From: Alphaproteobacteria bacterium
Lineage (GTDB): Bacteria; Pseudomonadota; Alphaproteobacteria; SHVZ01
Direction of reading: 5' to 3'
Length of the DNA stretch: 64,000 nt
Assembly (NCBI GenBank): GCA_044223515.1
Contig: JBGALV010000005.1
Location: 15,689 to 79,688, forward strand
Shown here: in pieces, positions 46,173 through 56,827 of the stretch
Numbering within the stretch: position 1 is the stretch's first letter
Layout: every line of letters starts with the position of its first letter
The notes under the pieces: generated by a model
What the model was told of the DNA's origin: nothing
Seen by the model: only the letters and a program-made list of their open reading frames with translations
Databases searched by the model: none
Translations under genes and position numbers: made by a program

Positions 46173-47750
46173 CTACTGGTTCAGCCAGACGTTGACGAGG
46201 TCCTGGCCGAGATTGTGGCTCGGCGACATCTGCCAACCCATGACGGCCTTGTTGGTCGCCACGATCCGATGCCACCAGAGCAGCGGCACCTGGTAGGCCT
46301 GGGTCAGCAGCCGCGCCTCGAACTGACGGATGAAGCCGGCCCGCTCGGCGTCGCTCGCCGCGCGGTTCTGCTTCTCGTAGAGGCTGTCGAGCTCGCGATC
46401 GATCGCGCGCGAGCGGTTTTCCGGCGCCTTGTCGAAGGAGACGTACTTGGCGAGCGCCAGGCTCGGCTCGTCCATGAACAGGTTCGAGAAGTCGATCGCG
46501 ACCTCGTAGTTGCCGGCGTTGAGCGCCGCGAGATAGGGCGAGGTCTCCATCTGCTTGTGCTGGACCTCGACGCCGATCTGGCGCCACTGGTCGACGACGT
46601 AGATGCCGGCCGGGGTGTAGGGCTGGGCGATCGTGCGGTTGATGAGCTCGAACTTGAGGTTCGGCACGCCGGCTTCCGCCAGCAGCTTCTTCGCCTCGGC
46701 CCGGTTGGCGGCGATGTCCTTGCCGAAGCCCGGGAACTTGACGAGGTCTGCCTCCGGCGTCGCCATCGGCGAGCCCGGGCGCAGAACGCCGCCGACGGCC
46801 CGCAGGGTCGAGGTGCGTGACAGGCCCTGGCTTCCGCCCCAGCGGTCGAGCGCCAGCGACAGCGCCTTGCGGACGCGGACGTCGTCGAAAGGCTTCTTCT
46901 CGGTGTTGAAGGCGATCAGGATGTTGAGCACCCAGCTCGACTCCTCGATCCGGATCTTGTCGCCCATGCCCTGGACCAGGCGGTCGCGCTCGGCCGGCGA
47001 GACCGAGCGGAACTCGCCCATCACCTGGCCGCCCTGCAGCGCGTTCAGCATTGCCGCCGGCTGCAGGATGAAGACGCCCTTGAAGCCGTCGAGATAGGGA
47101 CGGTCGGGAATGAAGTACTTGTCGTTCTTCACGCCGGCCACGTGGCTGCCCTTGACGTGCTCGACGAACCTGAAGGCGCCGGTACCCATGATTGTCTTGG
47201 TCGGGAACTGCGGGTCGTCCTTGAGCTTCGCCGCCGAGTAGACGCAGTTCCACGGGCTCGCAAAGTGCTCGAGCATCGCCGGATTCACCGCCGACAGCTT
47301 GAAGACCACCGTGGTCGGATCCGGCGTGTCGATCGTGTCGATGTCGGCGAAGGTCGCCTTGCGGGTCGAGACGACGCCGGTCGGCGGATTGCGGAGGCGA
47401 TCGTAGGTCGCCTTGATGTCGGCCGAGCTGAACGGCGAGCCGTCGTGCCAGGAGACGTTGTTGCGGAGCTTGAAGGTGTAGGTCTTCTTGTCCGGCGAGA
47501 CCGTCCAGCTCTCCGCGAGATCGCCCATCACCTTCGGGTAGGCGGCGAGGTCGAACTTGAGCAGCGTCGAGTAGAACGGCGCCAGGAAGTGGAGGCCCGC
47601 GTAGGTGTCGGTCGCCGAGCAGTCGTAGGTCGGGGTTTCGGCGCCGATCGCATAGACCAGGGTGCCGCCCTTCTTCGGAGCTTGCGCCGATGCGGTCGCC
47701 GGCAAGGCCAGCAGGACCGCAAGGCCGAGATATGCGAGTGCTTTCATCAT
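46173..47750 (-). CDS. ABC transporter substrate-binding protein, family 5 (GsiB/DppA-like)
   Basis: Signal peptide MMKALAYLGLAVLLALPATASA and an SBP_bac_5 core (GGTLVYAIGAETPTYD...WHDGSPFSSADI). Confidence 0.9.
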   Translation of the reverse strand: MMKALAYLGLAVLLALPATASAQAPKKGGTLVYAIGAETPTYDCSATDTYAGLHFLAPFYSTLLKFDLAAYPKVMGDLAESWTVSPDKKTYTFKLRNNVSWHDGSPFSSADIKATYDRLRNPPTGVVSTRKATFADIDTIDTPDPTTVVFKLSAVNPAMLEHFASPWNCVYSAAKLKDDPQFPTKTIMGTGAFRFVEHVKGSHVAGVKNDKYFIPDRPYLDGFKGVFILQPAAMLNALQGGQVMGEFRSVSPAERDRLVQGMGDKIRIEESSWVLNILIAFNTEKKPFDDVRVRKALSLALDRWGGSQGLSRTSTLRAVGGVLRPGSPMATPEADLVKFPGFGKDIAANRAEAKKLLAEAGVPNLKFELINRTIAQPYTPAGIYVVDQWRQIGVEVQHKQMETSPYLAALNAGNYEVAIDFSNLFMDEPSLALAKYVSFDKAPENRSRAIDRELDSLYEKQNRAASDAERAGFIRQFEARLLTQAYQVPLLWWHRIVATNKAVMGWQMSPSHNLGQDLVNVWLNQ

Positions 47751-47757
47751 TTCCTCC

Positions 47758-49791
<2,034 letters not shown>

Positions 49792-49900
49792 CCTTCCGTC
49801 GTCCTTCCCTCGCCGGCCGTCTGATGCGGCCTTGAAGCCTGCAGCCTAGCTTGGGCGGACGTGGAAGCCTAAGCGGAAAATCGTGCCTAAATGCCGAGCA

Positions 49901-50158
49901 CTAGATTCCGAGGAGGGGATCCAATTTGCCGCGGCGGTCGAGATCGTGGATGTCGTCGGATCCCCCGACGCCGGTCCCGTCGATGAACACCTGCGGGACG
50001 GTGTAGCGACCCTGGGCGCGCTCGACCATCTTGTCGCGCAAGGCCGAGTCGCCGTCGACGACATACTCGGTGTACTTCACGCCCTTGGAATCCAGCAGCG
50101 CCTTGGCGCGGTGGCAGTAGGGGCAATAAGCGCTGACGTAGATCTCGACGTTGGCCAT
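49901..50158 (-). CDS. grxC: Glutaredoxin 3
   Basis: MANVEIYVSAYCPYCHRAKALL (CPYC active site) and TVPQVFIDG..VGGSDD. Length is 85 aa. The listed ORF start at 50335 is a spurious extension. Confidence 0.9.
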   Translation of the reverse strand: MANVEIYVSAYCPYCHRAKALLDSKGVKYTEYVVDGDSALRDKMVERAQGRYTVPQVFIDGTGVGGSDDIHDLDRRGKLDPLLGI

Positions 50159-50252
50159 TTTGAGTTCGATCCGAAGCAGTCGGGTGTGTCGATAAACATA
50201 TGTACGACGTCGCCGGTTGCCTGCAAGAGGCCAGCGGCCGGAAATGCTCCGG

Positions 50253-51005
50253 CTATTCGGCGCGGACCACCCGCGCCAACGTGACGACGTCGACCGCCTC
50301 GGCACCGGCGGCGAGCAGCGCCTTGGTGCAGGCACGGGCCGTGGCCCCGGTGGTCAGCACGTCGTCGACCAGGAGGATGCGCTTTCCCTCGATCCGGTCG
50401 ACGTATCGTTCGCGGAGGCGGAAGGCGCCGGCAACGTTCTTCAGGCGTTCGCCGCGGCCGAGCTTGCCCTGGCTCGGCGTCCGCCGCGTGCGCTTCAGCA
50501 GGTCCGGGATGCAGGTCCTGCCCGTCGTCGCCGCCAGCGCCTGGGCGAGCAGCGATGCCTGGTTGTAGCGCCGGAGCGCAAGGCGGAGCCAATGCAACGG
50601 AACCGGCGCCACGATATCCGCCTCGCCGGCCAGATCGGCGCCCGCACGGGCGAGCCAGCGGCCGAAGGCGGGCGCGCCGTGCAGCCGGTCGGAGTGCTTG
50701 AAGCCGAGTACGAGGCCGCGGCTGGCGTCGTCGTAGGCGAAGACGGCGCGGGCGCGCTCCCAGGGCGGCGGGTCGGCGACGCAGGCCGCGCATTCGGCGG
50801 CCGGGCCGACGTCATGCGGGAAGGGAAGGCCGCAGCGCCGACACATCGGCGATCCCAGGAACGAGAGCTTGGCCCAGCAGGCAGGGCAGACCGCGCCCGG
50901 CTGGTCGACGATCGTCTGGCAGGAAAGGCAGAGCGGCGGCAGCAACGCATCGAGCGCTGCCTTTCCCAGCCGTTTGCCGAATCCGAGGATCGCCGTCGTG
51001 GTCAT
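50253..51005 (-). CDS. ComF family protein (phosphoribosyltransferase-like)
   Basis: N-terminal Cys pairs (CLSCQ...CPACW; CRRCG) and PRTase loop ILLVDDVLTTGAT. ATG 51005 is preferred over TTG 51035. Confidence 0.8.
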   Translation of the reverse strand: MTTTAILGFGKRLGKAALDALLPPLCLSCQTIVDQPGAVCPACWAKLSFLGSPMCRRCGLPFPHDVGPAAECAACVADPPPWERARAVFAYDDASRGLVLGFKHSDRLHGAPAFGRWLARAGADLAGEADIVAPVPLHWLRLALRRYNQASLLAQALAATTGRTCIPDLLKRTRRTPSQGKLGRGERLKNVAGAFRLRERYVDRIEGKRILLVDDVLTTGATARACTKALLAAGAEAVDVVTLARVVRAE

Positions 51006-51063
51006 CGGCGGCGATGGTGGCGAGGCCTCGCTCAACCTGTCAACGCCGTGTCATAAGAGGCGG

Positions 51064-51981
51064 ATGAGTGGAACGGTCCCCGAAGGTGCGCGCGTCTTCG
51101 ATCGCAGGCTGGTGCGCCGGCACCGCGCGCAGGCGGCGGATACGCTCGACCGCGCCGATTTCCTGCTGCGCGAGATCGCCGACCGTCTCGCCGACCGTCT
51201 CGACGACATCAAGCACCGCTTCCCGCTCGCGCTCGATCTCGGCTGTCATCGAGGCGAGCTCGGCCGCGTGCTGAACGGACGCGGCGGCGTCGAGCACCTG
51301 ATGCAGGCCGACCTCGCACCCGAGATGGCGGCGAAGGCAGGCCGGCTCGCGGTCGCCTGCGATGAGGAGCTGCTGCCGTTCGCCGACGGAAGCCTTGATG
51401 CTGTCTTCTCGTGCCTCAGCCTGCATTGGGTCAACGACCTGCCGGGCGCGCTGGTGCAGATCCGGCGCGCCTTGAAGCCGGACGGCCTCTTCCTCGCCGC
51501 ACTGTTCGGCGGCGAGACGCTGACCGAGCTCCGGCAGGCCTGGCTGGAAGGCGAGAGCGAGATCGAGGGCGGCGCCGGTCCGCGCGTCTCGCCCTTCGCC
51601 GACCTGCGCGATGCGGCCGGTCTCCTTCAACGTGCCGGCTTCGCACTACCGGTCGCCGACGCCGATCGCATCTCGGTCACCTATCCCGACGCGCTGACCC
51701 TGATGCGCGAGCTGAAGGCGATGGGCGAGGCGAACGCATTGATCGAGCGCCGACGGTCGCCGACACGTCGCGACACGTTCGCCGCGGCCGCTGCCACATA
51801 TCACCGCCGCTTCGCCGAGGTGGGCGATCGCGTCCGTGCGACCTTCCAGGTGATCTACCTGATCGGCTGGGCGCCTTCGGCCGACCAGCCGAAGGCCCTC
51901 AGGCCCGGCAGCGCCGCCGCGCGCCTCGCGGACGCGCTTGGAACGACCGAGCGGAAGGCGGGAGAGAAGGCCGGGAGCTAG
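51064..51981 (+). CDS. SAM-dependent methyltransferase-fold protein, NDUFAF5-like
   Basis: VFDRRLVRRHR..., FPLALDLGCHRG, LSLHWVNDLPGAL, LKPDGLFLAALFGGETLTELR, VSPFADLRDAAGLLQRAGF and TFQVIYLIGW parallel human NDUFAF5 as I recall it. Confidence 0.75.
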   Translation: MSGTVPEGARVFDRRLVRRHRAQAADTLDRADFLLREIADRLADRLDDIKHRFPLALDLGCHRGELGRVLNGRGGVEHLMQADLAPEMAAKAGRLAVACDEELLPFADGSLDAVFSCLSLHWVNDLPGALVQIRRALKPDGLFLAALFGGETLTELRQAWLEGESEIEGGAGPRVSPFADLRDAAGLLQRAGFALPVADADRISVTYPDALTLMRELKAMGEANALIERRRSPTRRDTFAAAAATYHRRFAEVGDRVRATFQVIYLIGWAPSADQPKALRPGSAAARLADALGTTERKAGEKAGS

Positions 51982-53177
51982 ACGGAGATCAGTCCGTCGA
52001 GCGGTTTCACCGTGCGGCTCTCCGGGAACACGACTTTCGCCAGCGCGTCGTCGGTCAATCCGAGATGGCTCTTGAGCACCGCCTTCGTGACGGCGCGAAG
52101 GTCGGTCGTCGGCGCGAGATCCCGTCCTTCGTAGAGCTTCTCGGCGGCGAGACCTGGCCATCGACCGAGCATGCGGCCGCCGTTGACGTGGCCGCCCAGC
52201 ACGAAGGCGACGCCGGCCGTGCCGTGATCGGTGCCGAGCGTGCCGTTGACCTTCGCGGTGCGGCCGAACTCGCTCGCCGCCAGGACCACGGTGTCGCTCC
52301 AGATCGGCCCGAGCGTCTCCTTGAGCGCGACCATGCCTTCGGCGAAGGCGGTCAGCGGACCGGCGATGCGGCCGCGCTGCTGGGCGTGCGTGTCGAAGCC
52401 GTTGAGCTCGAGCACCGCGAGACGCGGGCCTTCGTCCGAGGCGAGAAGCCTGCCGGCCGCCTCGGCGGCGATCCTGAAGGCGCCCGGCCTGTTGCCGGGC
52501 GGGCTGCCCATCGCGGGCTTCTCCATTGCCTTCGCGGACATCGCATGGGCACCGATGCCTTGAGCGAAGGCGGGACCCAGCGTCCGGTCTTCGCGATAGA
52601 GCGCCGCGACCTTGGCGAGGAAATCGGCGGAGGCGTCGGGCAGCGCCGGCAGGGCCCAGGTCGCGACCGGGATCTCGCCGCGCAAGGTCAGCGGCACCGT
52701 CTGCCCGACCGCGAGCCCGAGACGCCGGTCACGCTCCTTCGGCTTTCCCAGGACGGCAATGGCCCGGTTGAGCCAGCCGCCGTTCTTGGCGCGCGGATCG
52801 GTGGTGCCGTTCTCCAGGAGATCCTGGCCGTCGAAATGCGAGCGCTGGCGGTAGGGGGTCGCCACCGCATGCACGATCGCGAGTTGCTTCTCGCGCCACA
52901 GACGCTCGAGCGGCGCCAGCGCTGGGTGCAGGCCGAAGCGTCCATCGAGGTCGATCGCGCCGCCGTCCTGACCGGGCTCAGGGAGAGCGATCTCGCCGCG
53001 AAGCTGGCGGTAGTCGGGATCGGCGAAGGGCGCGACCGCGCCGATGCCGTCGAGCCCGCCGCGCAGGATCACGAAGACGAAGCGCCGGTCGGTCGGTGCG
53101 GCGGCGAGCGCGAGGTTCGGCCACGGCAGCGCCAGCGTGGAGAGGCCCATGAGCAGGCGGCGGCGGGTCGAGAGCAT
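51978..53177 (-). CDS. DUF1501 domain protein (sulfatase/phosphatase-like fold, Tat-exported)
   Basis: Twin-arginine signal MLSTRRRLLMGLSTLALP...LALA, then FVFVILRGGLDG and GTDHGTAG. Start is ATG 53177. Confidence 0.8.
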   Translation of the reverse strand: MLSTRRRLLMGLSTLALPWPNLALAAAPTDRRFVFVILRGGLDGIGAVAPFADPDYRQLRGEIALPEPGQDGGAIDLDGRFGLHPALAPLERLWREKQLAIVHAVATPYRQRSHFDGQDLLENGTTDPRAKNGGWLNRAIAVLGKPKERDRRLGLAVGQTVPLTLRGEIPVATWALPALPDASADFLAKVAALYREDRTLGPAFAQGIGAHAMSAKAMEKPAMGSPPGNRPGAFRIAAEAAGRLLASDEGPRLAVLELNGFDTHAQQRGRIAGPLTAFAEGMVALKETLGPIWSDTVVLAASEFGRTAKVNGTLGTDHGTAGVAFVLGGHVNGGRMLGRWPGLAAEKLYEGRDLAPTTDLRAVTKAVLKSHLGLTDDALAKVVFPESRTVKPLDGLISV

Positions 53178-53182
53178 CGGCG

Positions 53183-54502
53183 TCACCTCCGCTGGAACTC
53201 GGGCGAGGACAGCATCAGCGCCAGCGCCTCGGTGCGGCTGCCGGCGCGACGGATCGCGGTGCCGGTCTCGTCGGACAGCGCGTCGCCCAGCACCGACTCG
53301 GCGAGGTCGCCCGGCTCCTGCTTCGGGCGCACGCGTCCGGCGAAGGAGAGCGCGAACTCGACCCGGCGCATCATCGCCTCGGGCGTCGCCCAGGCCGCGG
53401 CGTCGTCGGGCCATCCGGCCGGCGACGGCGCGGTCAGCGGTGCCTGGCCCAGCAGCGCCTGGGTGCGGATCAGCGGCCCGCTCTCGGGCTTGACGTCGGT
53501 CGCGCGCAAGGCGGCGACGACGAAGTCGGCCGGGCTTCGAACCTTGGTCAGCGGGTCGCGCCAGGCGAGGTCTTCGGCGATCACGGCGCGCATGACCTGC
53601 GCAAGATCACCGTCGGTATCGCGGAACACGCGGGCGATGCGGTCCACCGCTTCGGCCGGCGGCTGATCGGCGATGAAGTGCCGGGCGAGCTTGGTCGCCA
53701 CATGACGCGCGGTCGCGGGATAGCGGGCGATGAACTCGAGCGCATCCCGCGCCTCGCGCTCGCCGCCTTCGGCGAAATCCCGACCGAGTAGGTTCTTCGG
53801 CCCGGGCTCGTGGACCGGGTTGACGTAGAGGAACTCGCCGACGATGCCGCGCTGCAGGTTGCCGATCGTCCAGCCCGTCAGCATCTCGGCGAGAGCGCGG
53901 ACGTCAACCTGGCCGTAGCCGCCCTCCACACCGAGGGTATGCAGCTCCAGGATCTCGCGTGCGAGATTCTCGTTGAGGCCGCGCTGCCGGCGCTGACCGG
54001 CACGGCTGTTGGGCCCGATCGACTCGGCCTGGTCGAGATAGAGAAGCATCGCCGGGTGGCGGACGACGGCGAGCAGCAGGTCGGCGAAGCGGCCGGTCAC
54101 GTGTGGGCGGATCGCCTCGTCCTCGAAGGCGACGGCGATCCCGGAGACCACGGGCCGCACGGCGGAGACGGTGAAGTGGTTGCTCCAGAAGTGGACCAGA
54201 CGTTCGCGAAAGGGCTCTCGCGTGGTCACCGAGCGGCGGATGCGCGCGCCGACATCGGCGATGAAGCCCTCTCGGTATTCCTTGCGATAGAGCTGGATCA
54301 CGGCCTCGTCGCCGCCGTTGCGGCGGGACTCGAAGAAGAGCTTGAGGCGGTCGGCGGTGCGGCCGACCCCGGCGGTCGGCTCCGATCCGTCCTGGAGCTG
54401 GGCGAGCAGCCAGCCACGCGGGTCGCCCTTGATCTCGGCGAGTTCGCCCGGGCGGGCACCCAGGCCGAAGCGCGATGCCGCGATGAAAGCGTCGATCGAC
54501 AT
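53183..54502 (-). CDS. DUF1800 domain protein
   Basis: LVHFWSNHFTV motif and NENLAREILELHTLGV. It sits 5 nt upstream of the DUF1501 gene, which is the usual pairing. Confidence 0.8.
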   Translation of the reverse strand: MSIDAFIAASRFGLGARPGELAEIKGDPRGWLLAQLQDGSEPTAGVGRTADRLKLFFESRRNGGDEAVIQLYRKEYREGFIADVGARIRRSVTTREPFRERLVHFWSNHFTVSAVRPVVSGIAVAFEDEAIRPHVTGRFADLLLAVVRHPAMLLYLDQAESIGPNSRAGQRRQRGLNENLAREILELHTLGVEGGYGQVDVRALAEMLTGWTIGNLQRGIVGEFLYVNPVHEPGPKNLLGRDFAEGGEREARDALEFIARYPATARHVATKLARHFIADQPPAEAVDRIARVFRDTDGDLAQVMRAVIAEDLAWRDPLTKVRSPADFVVAALRATDVKPESGPLIRTQALLGQAPLTAPSPAGWPDDAAAWATPEAMMRRVEFALSFAGRVRPKQEPGDLAESVLGDALSDETGTAIRRAGSRTEALALMLSSPEFQRR

Positions 54503-54589
54503 CCGATCCTCGAACCGTCCACTCGTTATACGGACGTTCAGGCATAGTCCTGCGCCGCGCGCCGCAGCGCAATCGCGATCACGGCAAGG

Positions 54590-55858
54590 TTACGGCCGTG
54601 TCTCGGCCAGGCGGGGAAGGGTCAGGATCGCGACCAGGCCACGCAGCACGGCCGACAGCGCGAACATCGCCACCAGCTGGCTCCCCCAGACATAGGTCTC
54701 GCCGAACAGCGTGATCTCGGTCGGCATGCGGCTGGTGAGCCAGGCGGCGAAGAAGGCACCGGCCGACCAGAACGACAGGCTGAGCACCGTATGCACCGCG
54801 GTCGCGAGCGCGCGCCGCGCCGGCGGCACCGTATCGTAGAGGAAGGTGGTGGCGGCCAGCGTGTAGCCGGACCACGCGACGCCGACGATCATCTGGGCGA
54901 AGAACAGTGCCCAGTAGTTCGTGGTGAATACCCACACCACCGGCACCAGCGGGATCAGCGCGCCGGAGATCACGATGACCACGCGGTTGCCGCTCATGTC
55001 GCGAACGCGGCCCCAGACCGGCATCAGCGCAGCCTGGGTCACCGCCGCCGCCAGCATGTTCCCCATGAACTCGATGTAGGTGAAGTGCAGCTCGCGCAGC
55101 ATGTAGACGTGGAAGAACGGGCCGGCGAACGAGACGGCGGCGAACATCAGCCCGATCGACAGCGAGTAGCGGAAGAAGTTCGACTGCCACAGCCGGCGGA
55201 GCCCGCCGCCGTCGGAGATCAGGCTCTCCGCATCCGGCGTGATGCCGGGATCGCTGACGCCGGCGAGCTGCCAGAGCGAGTAGAGCCGGCCGATCCCGCC
55301 GACCGCGAAGATCGTGGCGAACCCGGCGCGCGCCAGGTCCTGGTGCTCGAACCAGTGCAGCACGCCGCCGGCCGCGGCCATGACGGTGAAGCCGATGACG
55401 CCGGAAAGGCCCGTGCGCCGGCCGAAGTAGCGGCCGCGCAGGTTCTCCGGCAGATGGTCGCCGATCAGGCTGATCCAGCTCGGCTGCATCAGGTGGTTGC
55501 CGGCCTGGTAGATCGCCGCGCACGCGATCAGGATCGGATAGGCGTGGTCGGGGAACAGCCAGGGGAGCGCCAGCACCGTCGGCAGCATCGCGATCTGGAT
55601 CGCGCAGCCGGTGATGATCAGCGCCTTCCGTTTCACGCCGCGCCGCGCGAGCCAGGCGCCGGCGATCTGGACGAACGAGCCGATCCAGCTCGGGAACGCG
55701 GCGACGATCGCGATCTGCGATGCCGTCAGCCCGATCAGCACCGCATAGGCGTTCATGTAGTTGTCGACGACGCCGGTCAGGACGGCCTGTCCCATGCCGT
55801 CCTTGATGCCGCGCTTCAGGCTGCGATCGGACTCGGGCTTGTCGGACCAGCGCGCCAC
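54590..55858 (-). CDS. MFS transporter
   Basis: About 12 hydrophobic segments in two six-helix halves. Only 3 nt lie downstream of the GNAT-Nudix gene. Confidence 0.8.
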   Translation of the reverse strand: MARWSDKPESDRSLKRGIKDGMGQAVLTGVVDNYMNAYAVLIGLTASQIAIVAAFPSWIGSFVQIAGAWLARRGVKRKALIITGCAIQIAMLPTVLALPWLFPDHAYPILIACAAIYQAGNHLMQPSWISLIGDHLPENLRGRYFGRRTGLSGVIGFTVMAAAGGVLHWFEHQDLARAGFATIFAVGGIGRLYSLWQLAGVSDPGITPDAESLISDGGGLRRLWQSNFFRYSLSIGLMFAAVSFAGPFFHVYMLRELHFTYIEFMGNMLAAAVTQAALMPVWGRVRDMSGNRVVIVISGALIPLVPVVWVFTTNYWALFFAQMIVGVAWSGYTLAATTFLYDTVPPARRALATAVHTVLSLSFWSAGAFFAAWLTSRMPTEITLFGETYVWGSQLVAMFALSAVLRGLVAILTLPRLAETRP

Positions 55859-55861
55859 GGA

Positions 55862-56827
55862 TCAGAGGAAGTCGCGCAGCATCGCGACCAGCGGCACGTC
55901 GGCCGGCGGCATCGGGTAGTCGCCGAGGCGCGCGGGCCTGACCCAGGCGAGCGTCTGGCCTTCGCGCGGCGTCGGCGTGCCCTGCCAGCGCCGGCAGAGG
56001 TAGAGCGGCATCAGCAGGTGGAAGCGGTCGTAGCGGTGGGAGGCGAAGGTGAAAGGCGCGAGGCAGCTGCCGGCGGTGTCGATGCCGAGCTCCTCCTTGA
56101 GCTCGCGGACCAGCGCCGCCTCCGGTGTCTCGCCCTCGTTCACCTTGCCCCCCGGGAATTCCCAGAGCCCGGCCATCGACTTGCCGGGCGGGCGTTGGGC
56201 GATCAGCACGCGTCCGTCGATGTCGACGAGGGCGACGGCCGACACCAGCACCGTCGGCACCGGCGGCAGTACCGTGTCGCGGCCGCATTCGGGCGCGTCG
56301 AGCGCATAGACATCGAGCCGGTGATGCCAGCCGCGGTTCGGATAATCGCGCGTCTCCTCGCCGATCCGGACGAAGCCGATCCGGGCGATGACCTTCTGCG
56401 AGGCGACGTTCTCCGGCTTCACCGCGGCGACGATGCGTCGATAGCCGAGGCGCTCGAAGGCATGGGCCGCGAAGCGGCGTGTCGCCTCCGCCGCGTATCC
56501 GTGGCCACGATGATCCTTGGCGATCCAGTAGCCGGTCTCCGCGGTGCCGTCCGAGCGCGGGCGGAACCCCACCACGCCGACCAGCGCGCCGTCACTCGCC
56601 CGGCAGATCACGAGGTCGCAGATGCCGATCCGACCGTAGCTCTCGTCCGCCTCGGCGATCCAGCGCTCGGCGTCGACGAGCGCGTAGGGATCGGGCAGCA
56701 GCGGCAGGAACGCCAGGATGTCCGGATCGGCGACCGCGGCTGCGATCGCCGGCGCGTCGGATGCTGCGGGACGCCGGAGGATCAGGCGCTCGGAAACGAG
56801 CGGGAGATCAGCTCCGGTAGCTGCCAT
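55862..56827 (-). CDS. Fusion protein: N-terminal GNAT (RimJ/RimL-like) acetyltransferase plus C-terminal Nudix (MutT-like) hydrolase
   Basis: GNAT part: SERLILRRPAASDAPAI...GYWIAKDHRGHGYAAEA...VASQKVIARIGF. Nudix box: GGKVNEGETPEAALVRELKEELGI. It is a single uninterrupted ORF that overlaps the argJ 3' end by 20 nt. Confidence 0.8.
   Translation of the reverse strand: MAATGADLPLVSERLILRRPAASDAPAIAAAVADPDILAFLPLLPDPYALVDAERWIAEADESYGRIGICDLVICRASDGALVGVVGFRPRSDGTAETGYWIAKDHRGHGYAAEATRRFAAHAFERLGYRRIVAAVKPENVASQKVIARIGFVRIGEETRDYPNRGWHHRLDVYALDAPECGRDTVLPPVPTVLVSAVALVDIDGRVLIAQRPPGKSMAGLWEFPGGKVNEGETPEAALVRELKEELGIDTAGSCLAPFTFASHRYDRFHLLMPLYLCRRWQGTPTPREGQTLAWVRPARLGDYPMPPADVPLVAMLRDFL

Noticed and set aside
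44281-47253. A 990-aa ORF spanning three transporter genes.
   Set aside because: Only the last 296 codons (from ATG 45171, MTTAPAITY...) encode a DppC/GsiD-like permease. The upstream part is an Arg/Pro-rich read-through overlapping the genuine permease and SBP genes in other frames.
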